Shown here: in pieces, positions 36,573 through 43,749 of the stretch
Position numbering within the stretch: the first letter of the stretch is position 1
How the letters are laid out: every line of letters begins with the position of its first letter
From: Candidatus Zixiibacteriota bacterium
GTDB taxonomy: Bacteria > Zixibacteria > MSB-5A5 > WJJR01
Length of the DNA: 51,277 nucleotides
Assembly: GCA_036170655.1 (NCBI GenBank)
Contig: JAVHPP010000040.1
Coordinates: forward strand, 1-51,277
Direction of reading: 5' to 3'
Translations under genes and position numbers: made by a program
Notes under the pieces: generated by a model
The model's database searches: none
Told to the model about the DNA's origin: nothing
Seen by the model: only the letters and a program-made list of their open reading frames with translations

Positions 36573-37017
36573 GAAACCTCCCGCTGCATAGCCCCCCGTG
36601 TCTCAGCACAAGGGGACGGGTTAAGGGTTTAGGAAGGACGACTCTAAGGCATTGATTCTCTGGTCATACGCAACCATGGGACACGACATGCGGCCCATGT
36701 TGGGATGGTATGAACACTGGCGGACACCCGGTGTCAAGACAAATTTCGGCGCGATTTTCGGCAGCTGCGGTGTGGGCGATGGCTGTGGAACCTGACAAGC
36801 GGATTGACAGGAGGGATGGAGCGGCGAGATTTACCATGGGGGCAGGGGACTGATAGCGGATACAGGAAGCGTGACCTGACGGGGGGAGCGCGGGACGAGG
36901 ACGACAAATTGGGTTCGGGGTGCCCTCACGAGAAGCCGGTCGGAAACATCCATCAACACAAGCGGCCCCGCACATACTGGGGCGTTCGCCACGATGGATT
37001 CGCGGACAGGCATGCGA

Positions 37018-37820
37018 TCAGCGGTTGCCGTTGGTGGGCTTGTACCCCACCACCGTCACAGACGTAATCGAGAACTCCGGTGTCTTCTGGTGGTCGTAGT
37101 CGACTTCCGAACGAACCTCGATTCGCTCGAACCCCGCGTTCTTGACTGTCCGGAGATACTGATTCTTCTCGAGTGCCCCTGTGATGCACCCGGCCCAGCG
37201 TTCCATATTTTCACGCAATTGCTGCGGCATGGTACCCTTGATCACTATGTCCGAGACACTGAATCGTCCGCCGGGTTTGAGGACACGGTACATCTCGCCA
37301 AACACGCGCGACTTGTCCGGGGCGAGATTAATCACGCAGTTGGAGATCACGATGTCCACCGTAGCAGATTCCACGGGAAGGGCCTCGATCTCTCCCAAAC
37401 GAAAATCCACATTCTTGTAGCCGCCTATGGTCGCGTTCTGACGGGCCTTGTCGATCATCGCATCGGTCATGTCGACCCCGATCACAAATCCCCGTTCTCC
37501 CACCTTCTGTGCAGCCAGAAAGCAATCAACCCCGCCGCCGGAACCCAGGTCCACTACGACTTCGCCGGGCTTGAGATCGGCGACGGATGTTGGATTGCCA
37601 CACCCCAACCCCATCGATGCGCCTTTGGGAACCGACGCCAGGTCGCTGGGATTGTATCCGACACTGATGTCGGTCAGTCCCATCGCTGATTCGCGGTCGG
37701 GGCCACAGCAAGAGGAATCGCTAAGCTCGCGGTCGGAGCCGCAGCAGGGGGGGCGCCAGCTTTGGCGATGGCGCTGTATCGGGATTTCACACTCTCCAAG
37801 ATAGTCTGACGGTCTGTCAT
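37018..37820 (-). pseudogene. arsM: Arsenite S-adenosylmethionine methyltransferase ArsM, with its frame broken by a 1-nt shift in a G7 (plus strand) homopolymer; either a true pseudogene or an assembly error
   Basis: ATG 37820 has GGAGGA 7 nt upstream and encodes [23 protein letters not shown]. After the C7 run (37747-37753) the ArsM sequence continues in another frame as [59 protein letters not shown]. The span is 803 nt, so one extra C would restore a single ORF. Confidence 0.8.
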
Positions 37821-37841
37821 GGCTGGTTCCTCCATTCGCGG

Positions 37842-38123
37842 TTAACTACGGTTCACCTCATTGAGCATTGGGCCAAGCAGTTCGCGTACTGTCCCGGCAA
37901 ATTCATCAGCCTTGACCAGGCAGATGCAGCAGGACTTGCCACTCTGCTCGAAGCTGATAACCGCCAGTTTGTCACCCGGCTTGATGTTGGCCCGCTCCCG
38001 TGTCTCCTTGGGCAGCACCATCTGGCCCCGCGCGTCAACTGTAGTCACCGCCTCGACCCGGCAGCATCCCGTGCCCGAACTGGATGGCGTTGTACATGTT
38101 TTCATCTTCTTGGGCACCGGCAT
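37842..38123 (-). CDS. AbrB/MazE/SpoVT-type DNA-binding protein carrying two vicinal-cysteine motifs
   Basis: The SpoVT-AbrB swapped-hairpin core reads VDARGQMVLPKETRERANIKPGDKLAV. It is flanked by GTGCCRVE and KSCCICLV. The stop lies 22 nt upstream of the arsM ATG. The start is uncertain, with candidates at 38162, 38123 and 38105. Confidence 0.65.
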   Translation of the reverse strand: MPVPKKMKTCTTPSSSGTGCCRVEAVTTVDARGQMVLPKETRERANIKPGDKLAVISFEQSGKSCCICLVKADEFAGTVRELLGPMLNEVNRS

Positions 38124-38152
38124 TACCTCCTCATGATCCGGCGTGATTACCT

Positions 38153-38178
38153 GAACAATCATAAATATCTGATTGTTC
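38153..38178. promoter_or_regulatory. Palindromic operator-like site in the AT-rich promoter region of the AbrB-like/arsM operon
   Basis: GAACAATCA-N8-TGATTGTTC is a perfect 9-bp inverted repeat about 30-55 nt upstream of the ATG at 38123. Confidence 0.45.
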
Positions 38179-38325
38179 TGATTTCACTGAATAATACGCA
38201 AATTCTGGCGAGCTGGTTGCCGTTTTCTTGGCGTCGATCACGGGGTGGCGGTGGTTGCCCAGCCGTGGAGTATGTAATCCCAAGAGCACGAGGCACTTGA
38301 GTGCTCTGCAATCCACATCCATGCC

Positions 38326-38462
38326 GGGTGCCCCGCAGCTCTGCTGCGGGTGGGCTGAAGGGAAATCAGGCTGCCTACGCTGGCGATAACGGTGTGAGGC
38401 GTGAACTTTCGGGAGGCTGATCGCGAATCAGCCGCATCCCGCAGCAGAGCTGCGGGGCACCC
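38326..38462. repeat. Perfect 25-bp inverted repeat separated by 87 nt (MITE-like or a structured RNA)
   Basis: GGGTGCCCCGCAGCTCTGCTGCGGG (38326-38350) has its exact reverse complement at 38438-38462. Each arm is itself an 8-bp-stem hairpin, CCCGCAGC-TCT-GCTGCGGG. The spacer holds another hairpin, GGCTGAT-CGCGA-ATCAGCC (38414-38432). Confidence 0.8.
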
Positions 38463-38847
38463 TGGCACAACCTGATCGATCTTGACTTTCTGGCGCAAAT
38501 CCGATAACTTTTGGGCGGAATTCCGGGGTCACGTTCGAGGTCCTCTGATTCCGGAATGGTCGTTGAGTCTCGAGGCTGACTCGTTCCGGACACTCTGCCG
38601 CCCGGAACTGGTAGAGACTTCGGCCCGAAACACTCGATGTCCGGCAGCAATTGATACGACCTGCCCAATGCCAGGGTGGCTCGCCGCCGACAACATTTTT
38701 GGGACCTGTCACATAGTGCGGCCCGGTCCGAACGGCGCCTTGGCTGCGGTGCAGGCACGGTGAACTAACCGTTATGATCACCGCAGCAATAATCCGACTT
38801 CAGAGTCAGCGTGTTTCGACTCATCCACAACGAGAAGGAGGATCAAG

Positions 38848-39867
38848 ATGGGCAAGAACATTGCATCATTGATGCTCATCGCAGTACTCTGCCTTGGTGT
38901 AGTCCACAGCGCGGCCGCCAGTGCGCCCACGGTAATGACGGTGCAAGGGAAGCTCACCAACTCTGCGGGCAATCCCGTACCGCCGGGTCCGAAAACGTTC
39001 ACATTTAAGATTTACGACGCTCAGACAGGGGGGGCAGATGTCTGGCCCGCCGGCCCGGGGGAAACGCAGTCGGTGACCACGGACGCGCAGGGCCTGTGGA
39101 CTGCACAACTTGGCGTCCTGATTCCGTTGACGAGCGCCGTGTTCGCCGGCGTCGAACGCTGGCTGGGAATCATCGTCAACGACGGGGTCAATCCACCGGA
39201 GACACTCTCACGGATCAAGCTCACCACGAATCCGTATAGTTTTCGCACCAGCAGGGAAGAGCCAGGGGTGGCCAGCAATGACCGCCACGCAGAATTGATC
39301 CTCACCGGCGGCATCGACATCCTCATTTCGCGGTCCCTGACAGTACCGTCCGACGGATATATCCTGGCCATTGCCACGGGTGAGGTCTACATTGTGCATA
39401 CCACCGCCACAAACAGCTTGGGCTTGTTCGGACTGTCCGACAACTCCGCGGCATTCATCGCCGTTCAGAATCAGACGCAGATGCCCGGAGCCGCACCCTC
39501 CGGCACATACAAGATTGCACTCGCCGCCGCGACCATTATTTCGGTTTCCGCCGGCACTCACACAATCTATCTGCTGGGCCAGGAAGCCACTGGGAATCTG
39601 CGTGCAAACGACATGGAACTGTCTCTCCTGTTCGTTCCAACCGCCTACGGGACCGTTGATCCCATGGCGGCTTCGGGTGGCAACGAGGATGAACTGGACA
39701 CCGTTCTCGGTCCTGCGACCACGCATGCCGAAGCCGGGGTGTCCGGCAACTCGGCGATTGAACGGGAGATGGCAGCGATCAGGGCGGAACTCGAAATCCT
39801 GAAGGTACGCATGGAGAAGGAGACGGATCCAGTTAGCGACGCAGCCGGAGACGAGAAACGTCAGTAA
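38848..39867 (+). CDS. Secreted hypothetical protein (N-terminal beta-sandwich, jelly-roll-like middle, C-terminal coiled coil)
   Basis: A strong RBS, GAAGGAGG, precedes the start. The signal peptide is MGKNIASLMLIAVLCLGVVHSAAA. The N-terminus QGKLTNSAGNPVPPGPKTFTFKIYDAQTGG..W resembles tail-fibre/adhesin-like repeat heads. A heptad-like stretch REMAAIRAELEILKVRMEKE lies near the end. Confidence 0.6.
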   Translation: MGKNIASLMLIAVLCLGVVHSAAASAPTVMTVQGKLTNSAGNPVPPGPKTFTFKIYDAQTGGADVWPAGPGETQSVTTDAQGLWTAQLGVLIPLTSAVFAGVERWLGIIVNDGVNPPETLSRIKLTTNPYSFRTSREEPGVASNDRHAELILTGGIDILISRSLTVPSDGYILAIATGEVYIVHTTATNSLGLFGLSDNSAAFIAVQNQTQMPGAAPSGTYKIALAAATIISVSAGTHTIYLLGQEATGNLRANDMELSLLFVPTAYGTVDPMAASGGNEDELDTVLGPATTHAEAGVSGNSAIEREMAAIRAELEILKVRMEKETDPVSDAAGDEKRQ

Positions 39868-39899
39868 CTGGATTACGACGTTGGAGCATTTGAGTATAT

Positions 39900-40041
39900 C
39901 CTTGTCCGCCACCGCCTCATGGACAAACGACAGGTCCAGCAGCTTATTCAGTTTCCGCAACCGATGATCCGCGCGGATGAAGCTCTCCATCGGCGGCACA
40001 AGCATCATCGGATAGTCCGGCTTCACACGTCTCGTCTGCAT
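39900..40041 (-). pseudogene. Remnant of an IS5/IS1182-type DDE transposase N-terminus (DUF772-like)
   Basis: MQTRRVKPDYPMMLVPPMESFIRADHRLRKLNKLLDLSFVHEAV matches the conserved 'L.P.DH.LR.i..lvD.SF' transposase N-terminal block. The rest of the 287-aa ORF is antisense to the 38848-39867 gene and has no transposase features. Confidence 0.5.
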
Positions 40042-40070
40042 AATGCCAAGAACAAAACCCCGCCCCCGCA

Positions 40071-40390
40071 CGCAAGGGGGTTTTTCAACAAGCCCCGAGG
40101 GTCAGGGCCACGGTCCCGAACTGGTCGAAGGGGAGATCTCAGGAGTGCTGGGTGCCCCACGGCTTGGGGCGTGTTGAAAAACCTCCCAATCGTCATTCCC
40201 GCGCACGCGGGAATCCATTTTCTCTTTCGCCCATCTCAATGGACCCCTGCTTTCGCGGAGGCGACATCTTCAGGGATAGCTCACTTGTCCGGTTTTTCAA
40301 CACGCCCTTTTGCGGGGGTGACATCTTCAAGCGTGGGTCACGTGTCAGGTTATTCAACAGGCCCCAGGGGTCAGGGCCACGGCGCGTCGA
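40071..40390. repeat. REP cluster of the same family as at the RAYT locus, plus a dRS3-like hairpin and a degenerate ~58-bp tandem duplication
   Basis: The core is at 40171-40183, with inverse copies at 40079-40091, 40291-40303 and 40348-40360. The direct repeat ..TTCAACA(A/G)GCCCC(G/A)GGGTCAGGGCCACGG lies at 40082-40112 and 40351-40381. The hairpin ATTCCCGCGCACGCGGGAAT lies at ~40195-40214. GACATCTTCA..GGTT(T/A)TTCAACA units start at ~40263 and ~40320. Confidence 0.75.
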
Positions 40391-40414
40391 CAAAGAAGTT
40401 GGGCGGCCCTCCGG

Positions 40415-41197
40415 TCAGGGGCTCGGCGAGACGCCAATCGAGTCCCGCGCCGAAACCACGAGAGCGGTCACCATTCCACGAATGTCCTTGGTGTCAACTG
40501 TCAGCGGGAAGTTGAAGTCGGGCAACCTGTAATTTGCATTTGGGCGCAGGAAGAAGGTGGGGTTGTACGCGACAACGTGGACGTAATACACGCCTGTTAC
40601 CAGCGCATTGGTGTTGGGATCATAAAACGCATCGGGAGTAAATGTCTGCGACAGTGATCCCGCAACCATTGCCTGCCCGCGCGACGGTGAGCTGGGGAGA
40701 CTCGCTTGGAGAGAGACGACATAGTTCGCGGCGCCGTTCGCAGGCGCCCACTCAACACGGGGATTGGCCTTGTTGGGTTGCCACAGGCGCGTGTTGGGGA
40801 TGAAGTTGGAAATATAGAACGTTCCCGGGATGGTGACTGTTGTTTGGTACACGAATCCCTTGGCCGTATCGGCGGCCCGAATCGCGACCGGTTGTCCATG
40901 AGACCATGTCCCCGGATTGAACTGCGCCGAGGCCTTGCCGGAGGCATCGACACGCAGGGTATCGTTGCCGATGATGACAAATCCGCCGGGTACGGACAGC
41001 CCCTCACGCAGGAACTCCGTGTACGCGTAATCGTAATTCAGGTCGAGGTTCTTCTCGATGACCAAATTAAGCGAGTACGTGGCCGTCGTTCCCCCCGCGG
41101 GACCGGCGGCGCCAGTGCATCCTGATAAAATCAAAGCACAAAGACCGCAGACTTGTACTGTGTTCAAGAGGATTGACGTCATTATGTTCTTCTTCAT
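40415..41197 (-). CDS. Hypothetical lipoprotein
   Basis: The lipobox is MKKNIMTSILLNTVQVCGLCALILSGC. The mature part is beta-rich and no motif was recognised. Confidence 0.6.
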   Translation of the reverse strand: MKKNIMTSILLNTVQVCGLCALILSGCTGAAGPAGGTTATYSLNLVIEKNLDLNYDYAYTEFLREGLSVPGGFVIIGNDTLRVDASGKASAQFNPGTWSHGQPVAIRAADTAKGFVYQTTVTIPGTFYISNFIPNTRLWQPNKANPRVEWAPANGAANYVVSLQASLPSSPSRGQAMVAGSLSQTFTPDAFYDPNTNALVTGVYYVHVVAYNPTFFLRPNANYRLPDFNFPLTVDTKDIRGMVTALVVSARDSIGVSPSP

Positions 41198-41402
41198 GTT
41201 GGACCCCGATTCGTTACTCCCTCATCCCTAATATCGGCGAATTGAGACTTTACATTTACCGGTTTTGTCCGTGTGCGCACCACGGAGGATCGATCCAACG
41301 CCAAGCAGTCTATTAAGTTAGCAGCCAGTAGGAATCGAGGCGGAGTTGGGCCGGATGTGATTATATTGGGAGCGTGAGCCATTCCTTCCTCAGTGAGTCC
41401 CG

Positions 41403-42065
41403 ATGATGATGACCGGCTGGATTCTGCCGGTCGTTCTGGGAGCGGCTGCTCTATCGGCGGGAGCAATGTTGTGGCCCATCTGGATTCAGATGGTTTGGAC
41501 ATCTGACAGGCAATTCTTGAGGGTGAGATACCTCGGGGTGTCGTACGAGATGGACTTTAAGCAGCGTTGCCGGCGAATCAGAATCCTTGGTCTGGTGGTC
41601 TCGACGCGCCTTGCGGAGGATACTTCCGCTCGCGATTCTGCGTCCGATGGAACGAATCTGGGTGGACGTCGGAGGAAGTTACAGATTGTCGGCACGATAC
41701 AGACTCTGTGGTCGTATCGAGGGCCCCTGCGACACGCCTCCATCGTACTGGTCCGTCTATCGGGTCGTCTGATCCGCGCATGGCATGTGGAACACGCCGA
41801 TGTGCGGCTGACGGTGGGGCTGGGTGATCCCGCACAGACGGGAATGGCGACGGGGTGGTTCTATGCGGTATGGCCGGCACTGCGCCGGACATTCCCCGCA
41901 TGGGACGTTTCATGGGAACCGAATTTTGAGAAGCGTCTGGCGCGAGCCGATGTTCGTGTGGTTTTGCGGTTGATACCGGCACGAGCGGTGTATCATTTGT
42001 GTCAGGCATTTGTATCGCTGCCATGGCGGGGCCTCTGGGGGTTGAGGAAAGCTTTGGCGAGTTGA
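41403..42065 (+). CDS. DUF2953 (YtfI-like) membrane-anchored protein
   Basis: There is an N-terminal TM helix, and the block LTVGLGDPAQTGMATGWFYAVWPAL resembles the DUF2953 signature. It lies immediately upstream of a GerW/YtfJ gene, as in the Bacillus ytfI-ytfJ pair. Confidence 0.55.
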   Translation: MMMTGWILPVVLGAAALSAGAMLWPIWIQMVWTSDRQFLRVRYLGVSYEMDFKQRCRRIRILGLVVSTRLAEDTSARDSASDGTNLGGRRRKLQIVGTIQTLWSYRGPLRHASIVLVRLSGRLIRAWHVEHADVRLTVGLGDPAQTGMATGWFYAVWPALRRTFPAWDVSWEPNFEKRLARADVRVVLRLIPARAVYHLCQAFVSLPWRGLWGLRKALAS

Positions 42066-42083
42066 GTTTTGAGGGGAGGAAAG

Positions 42084-42467
42084 ATGGCGAGCAATCTGAT
42101 GGAAGTCTTGCAGGCGATTGTGGGTGAACTCAAGACGATCGCCCGTTCGGAGACGGTGATTGGCAATCCGGTGACGGTCGGAGACAAGACGGTGATTCCG
42201 ATCACACGTATTTCTGTCGGGTTTGGCGCTGGCGGCGGCGAAGAAGGTCGTCAGGACAAGGGAACCCGCTTCGGCGGCGGGGGTGGTGGCGGCGCTGTGA
42301 TTGAACCGGTGGCTTTTCTGATCATTGACCGCGACAAGGTCTCGCTCCTGACGGCGCGTGATCGCACATCATTCGACAAGATTATTGACGCGGCCCCGGA
42401 TATGCTGGCGGCGATCAAGAATCTGGCAACCAAGAAGCCGGCGGAAAAACCCGGGCCGTCTGCGTGA
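42084..42467 (+). CDS. GerW/YtfJ-family protein
   Basis: GGAGGA precedes ATG 42084. The protein reads ETVIGNPVTVGDKTVIPITRISVGFGAGGGE..GGGGGGGAVIEPVAFLII. Confidence 0.75.
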   Translation: MASNLMEVLQAIVGELKTIARSETVIGNPVTVGDKTVIPITRISVGFGAGGGEEGRQDKGTRFGGGGGGGAVIEPVAFLIIDRDKVSLLTARDRTSFDKIIDAAPDMLAAIKNLATKKPAEKPGPSA

Positions 42468-42552
42468 AAGTCCGGTGGCGGTGTACCGTGAACAGTTCAC
42501 CGTGAACGGAACAATCATTGCTGACATTATCTGGTGAGATGAGGGACTCAAA

Positions 42553-43638
42553 ATGCTCTTGAGTATTGTTGTTCTCCTGTTCTGGCCGTTGCTCCAGGGC
42601 GAGCCCAGCTACATTGCGTTGAGCAAGTTTTGGAAGCCGGGCAGCGTCATCGAGACGGGGTTGCATCGCCCGATGGCGACAGTGACCTGCCCAACCGCTG
42701 ACCTCAAAGGGGGATGGCTGGTCGCCGCCGATTCATCGGGTGAGATGGTGGAGATGCGTTTTGCCGATGGCCAGTGGCAGCGTGTGCGCCCGTTCGCCAC
42801 GGGGGCAGCGCTCACCACGATCTGCTCGGGAGCCGCATACCCCGATCTCGCGTTCCGGCTGTATGCGGGCACGCGGGACGGGGGAATCCTCGAGATTTCC
42901 CGTGGCCCGATGGGATGGTACAAGCGTGAGATTCTCCGCCTTCCCGGACCGGTCAGGAGAATCCGCGCCACGGAGGCGTCGCCCGGTACGGCCACCTCGC
43001 AGTTTGTCGTTGTGGACGGAGAGGGAAATGTCACCCATTTCTGGATGCCAAATAGGGATGTATCGAACGCAACACCCATCTGGCAACACCAGACTCTGCC
43101 CTCGATCCCAGGGGGAGCTGCCGATGTCTGTGTCAGTCAATACGGGCCACGGCTGTGGGCGGTCGCCGCAACAGCGAAGGGGGAGGTCTACCGTTTCCGG
43201 CAGGACTCGCTGGGACAATGGAGCGGCGATCCCTGGGCGGCGATGCCTGCGGGAGCGAAATCGCTGGCGGCATCGGCCGACCCGACAATGCGTGATGTCG
43301 CCGTGTTTTACTCCGGCGCTGACGGGATTTTCCGCTATCTCTTCTTCAAGCATACAAAGGACGCGGAATCGCGTGTGCCTCCTGCCGCGACGCTGTCACA
43401 GGTGATCGGGTCAGGCAATGAACGGCGTTTCAACGAGTTCTTCGGAGTCAGCGGGAAAGAGTTCTGCATGTTTGATTACAACTTCGAGGAAAAGGTCTGG
43501 GACAAAGTGCCGTTCGGCGCCGTTGACACACCGGTCGTGGCGACGACATTCGGGAACGGGCGCGGGCAGATGCTGTCCCAGATGTTCGTGACCTGTGCCA
43601 ACGGAAAAATCTACGAGTTTGTCAGAGATCAGCCGTGA
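42553..43638 (+). CDS. Hypothetical secreted protein, probable beta-propeller
   Basis: The N-terminus is hydrophobic. Blades of the type G.(I/V)(Y/L)E(F/I)....W recur roughly every 45-50 aa (GGILEISRGPMGW, GEVYRFRQDSLGQW, GKIYEFVRDQ). Confidence 0.5.
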   Translation: MLLSIVVLLFWPLLQGEPSYIALSKFWKPGSVIETGLHRPMATVTCPTADLKGGWLVAADSSGEMVEMRFADGQWQRVRPFATGAALTTICSGAAYPDLAFRLYAGTRDGGILEISRGPMGWYKREILRLPGPVRRIRATEASPGTATSQFVVVDGEGNVTHFWMPNRDVSNATPIWQHQTLPSIPGGAADVCVSQYGPRLWAVAATAKGEVYRFRQDSLGQWSGDPWAAMPAGAKSLAASADPTMRDVAVFYSGADGIFRYLFFKHTKDAESRVPPAATLSQVIGSGNERRFNEFFGVSGKEFCMFDYNFEEKVWDKVPFGAVDTPVVATTFGNGRGQMLSQMFVTCANGKIYEFVRDQP

Positions 43639-43749
43639 GTGCCATGCGATGACAGGCAGTATGTAATCGACTCACGAAGGGGATCAGACGTCCGTCACTC
43701 CTTAGTGATTGAAGACAGACGGCGATTGTCTTAATCTCCCTGACCAGTC

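Noticed and set aside
39208-40071. A 287-aa minus-strand ORF considered as a full transposase gene
   Set aside because: Only the first ~50 residues resemble a transposase N-terminus. The remainder is antisense to the strongly supported secreted-protein gene (RBS plus signal peptide) and has no DDE motifs.
40071-40390. Repeated units that might be a CRISPR array
   Set aside because: The copies occur in both orientations, with irregular spacing and degenerate sequence. They are palindromic REP-type hairpins shared with the RAYT locus, and no cas genes are present.
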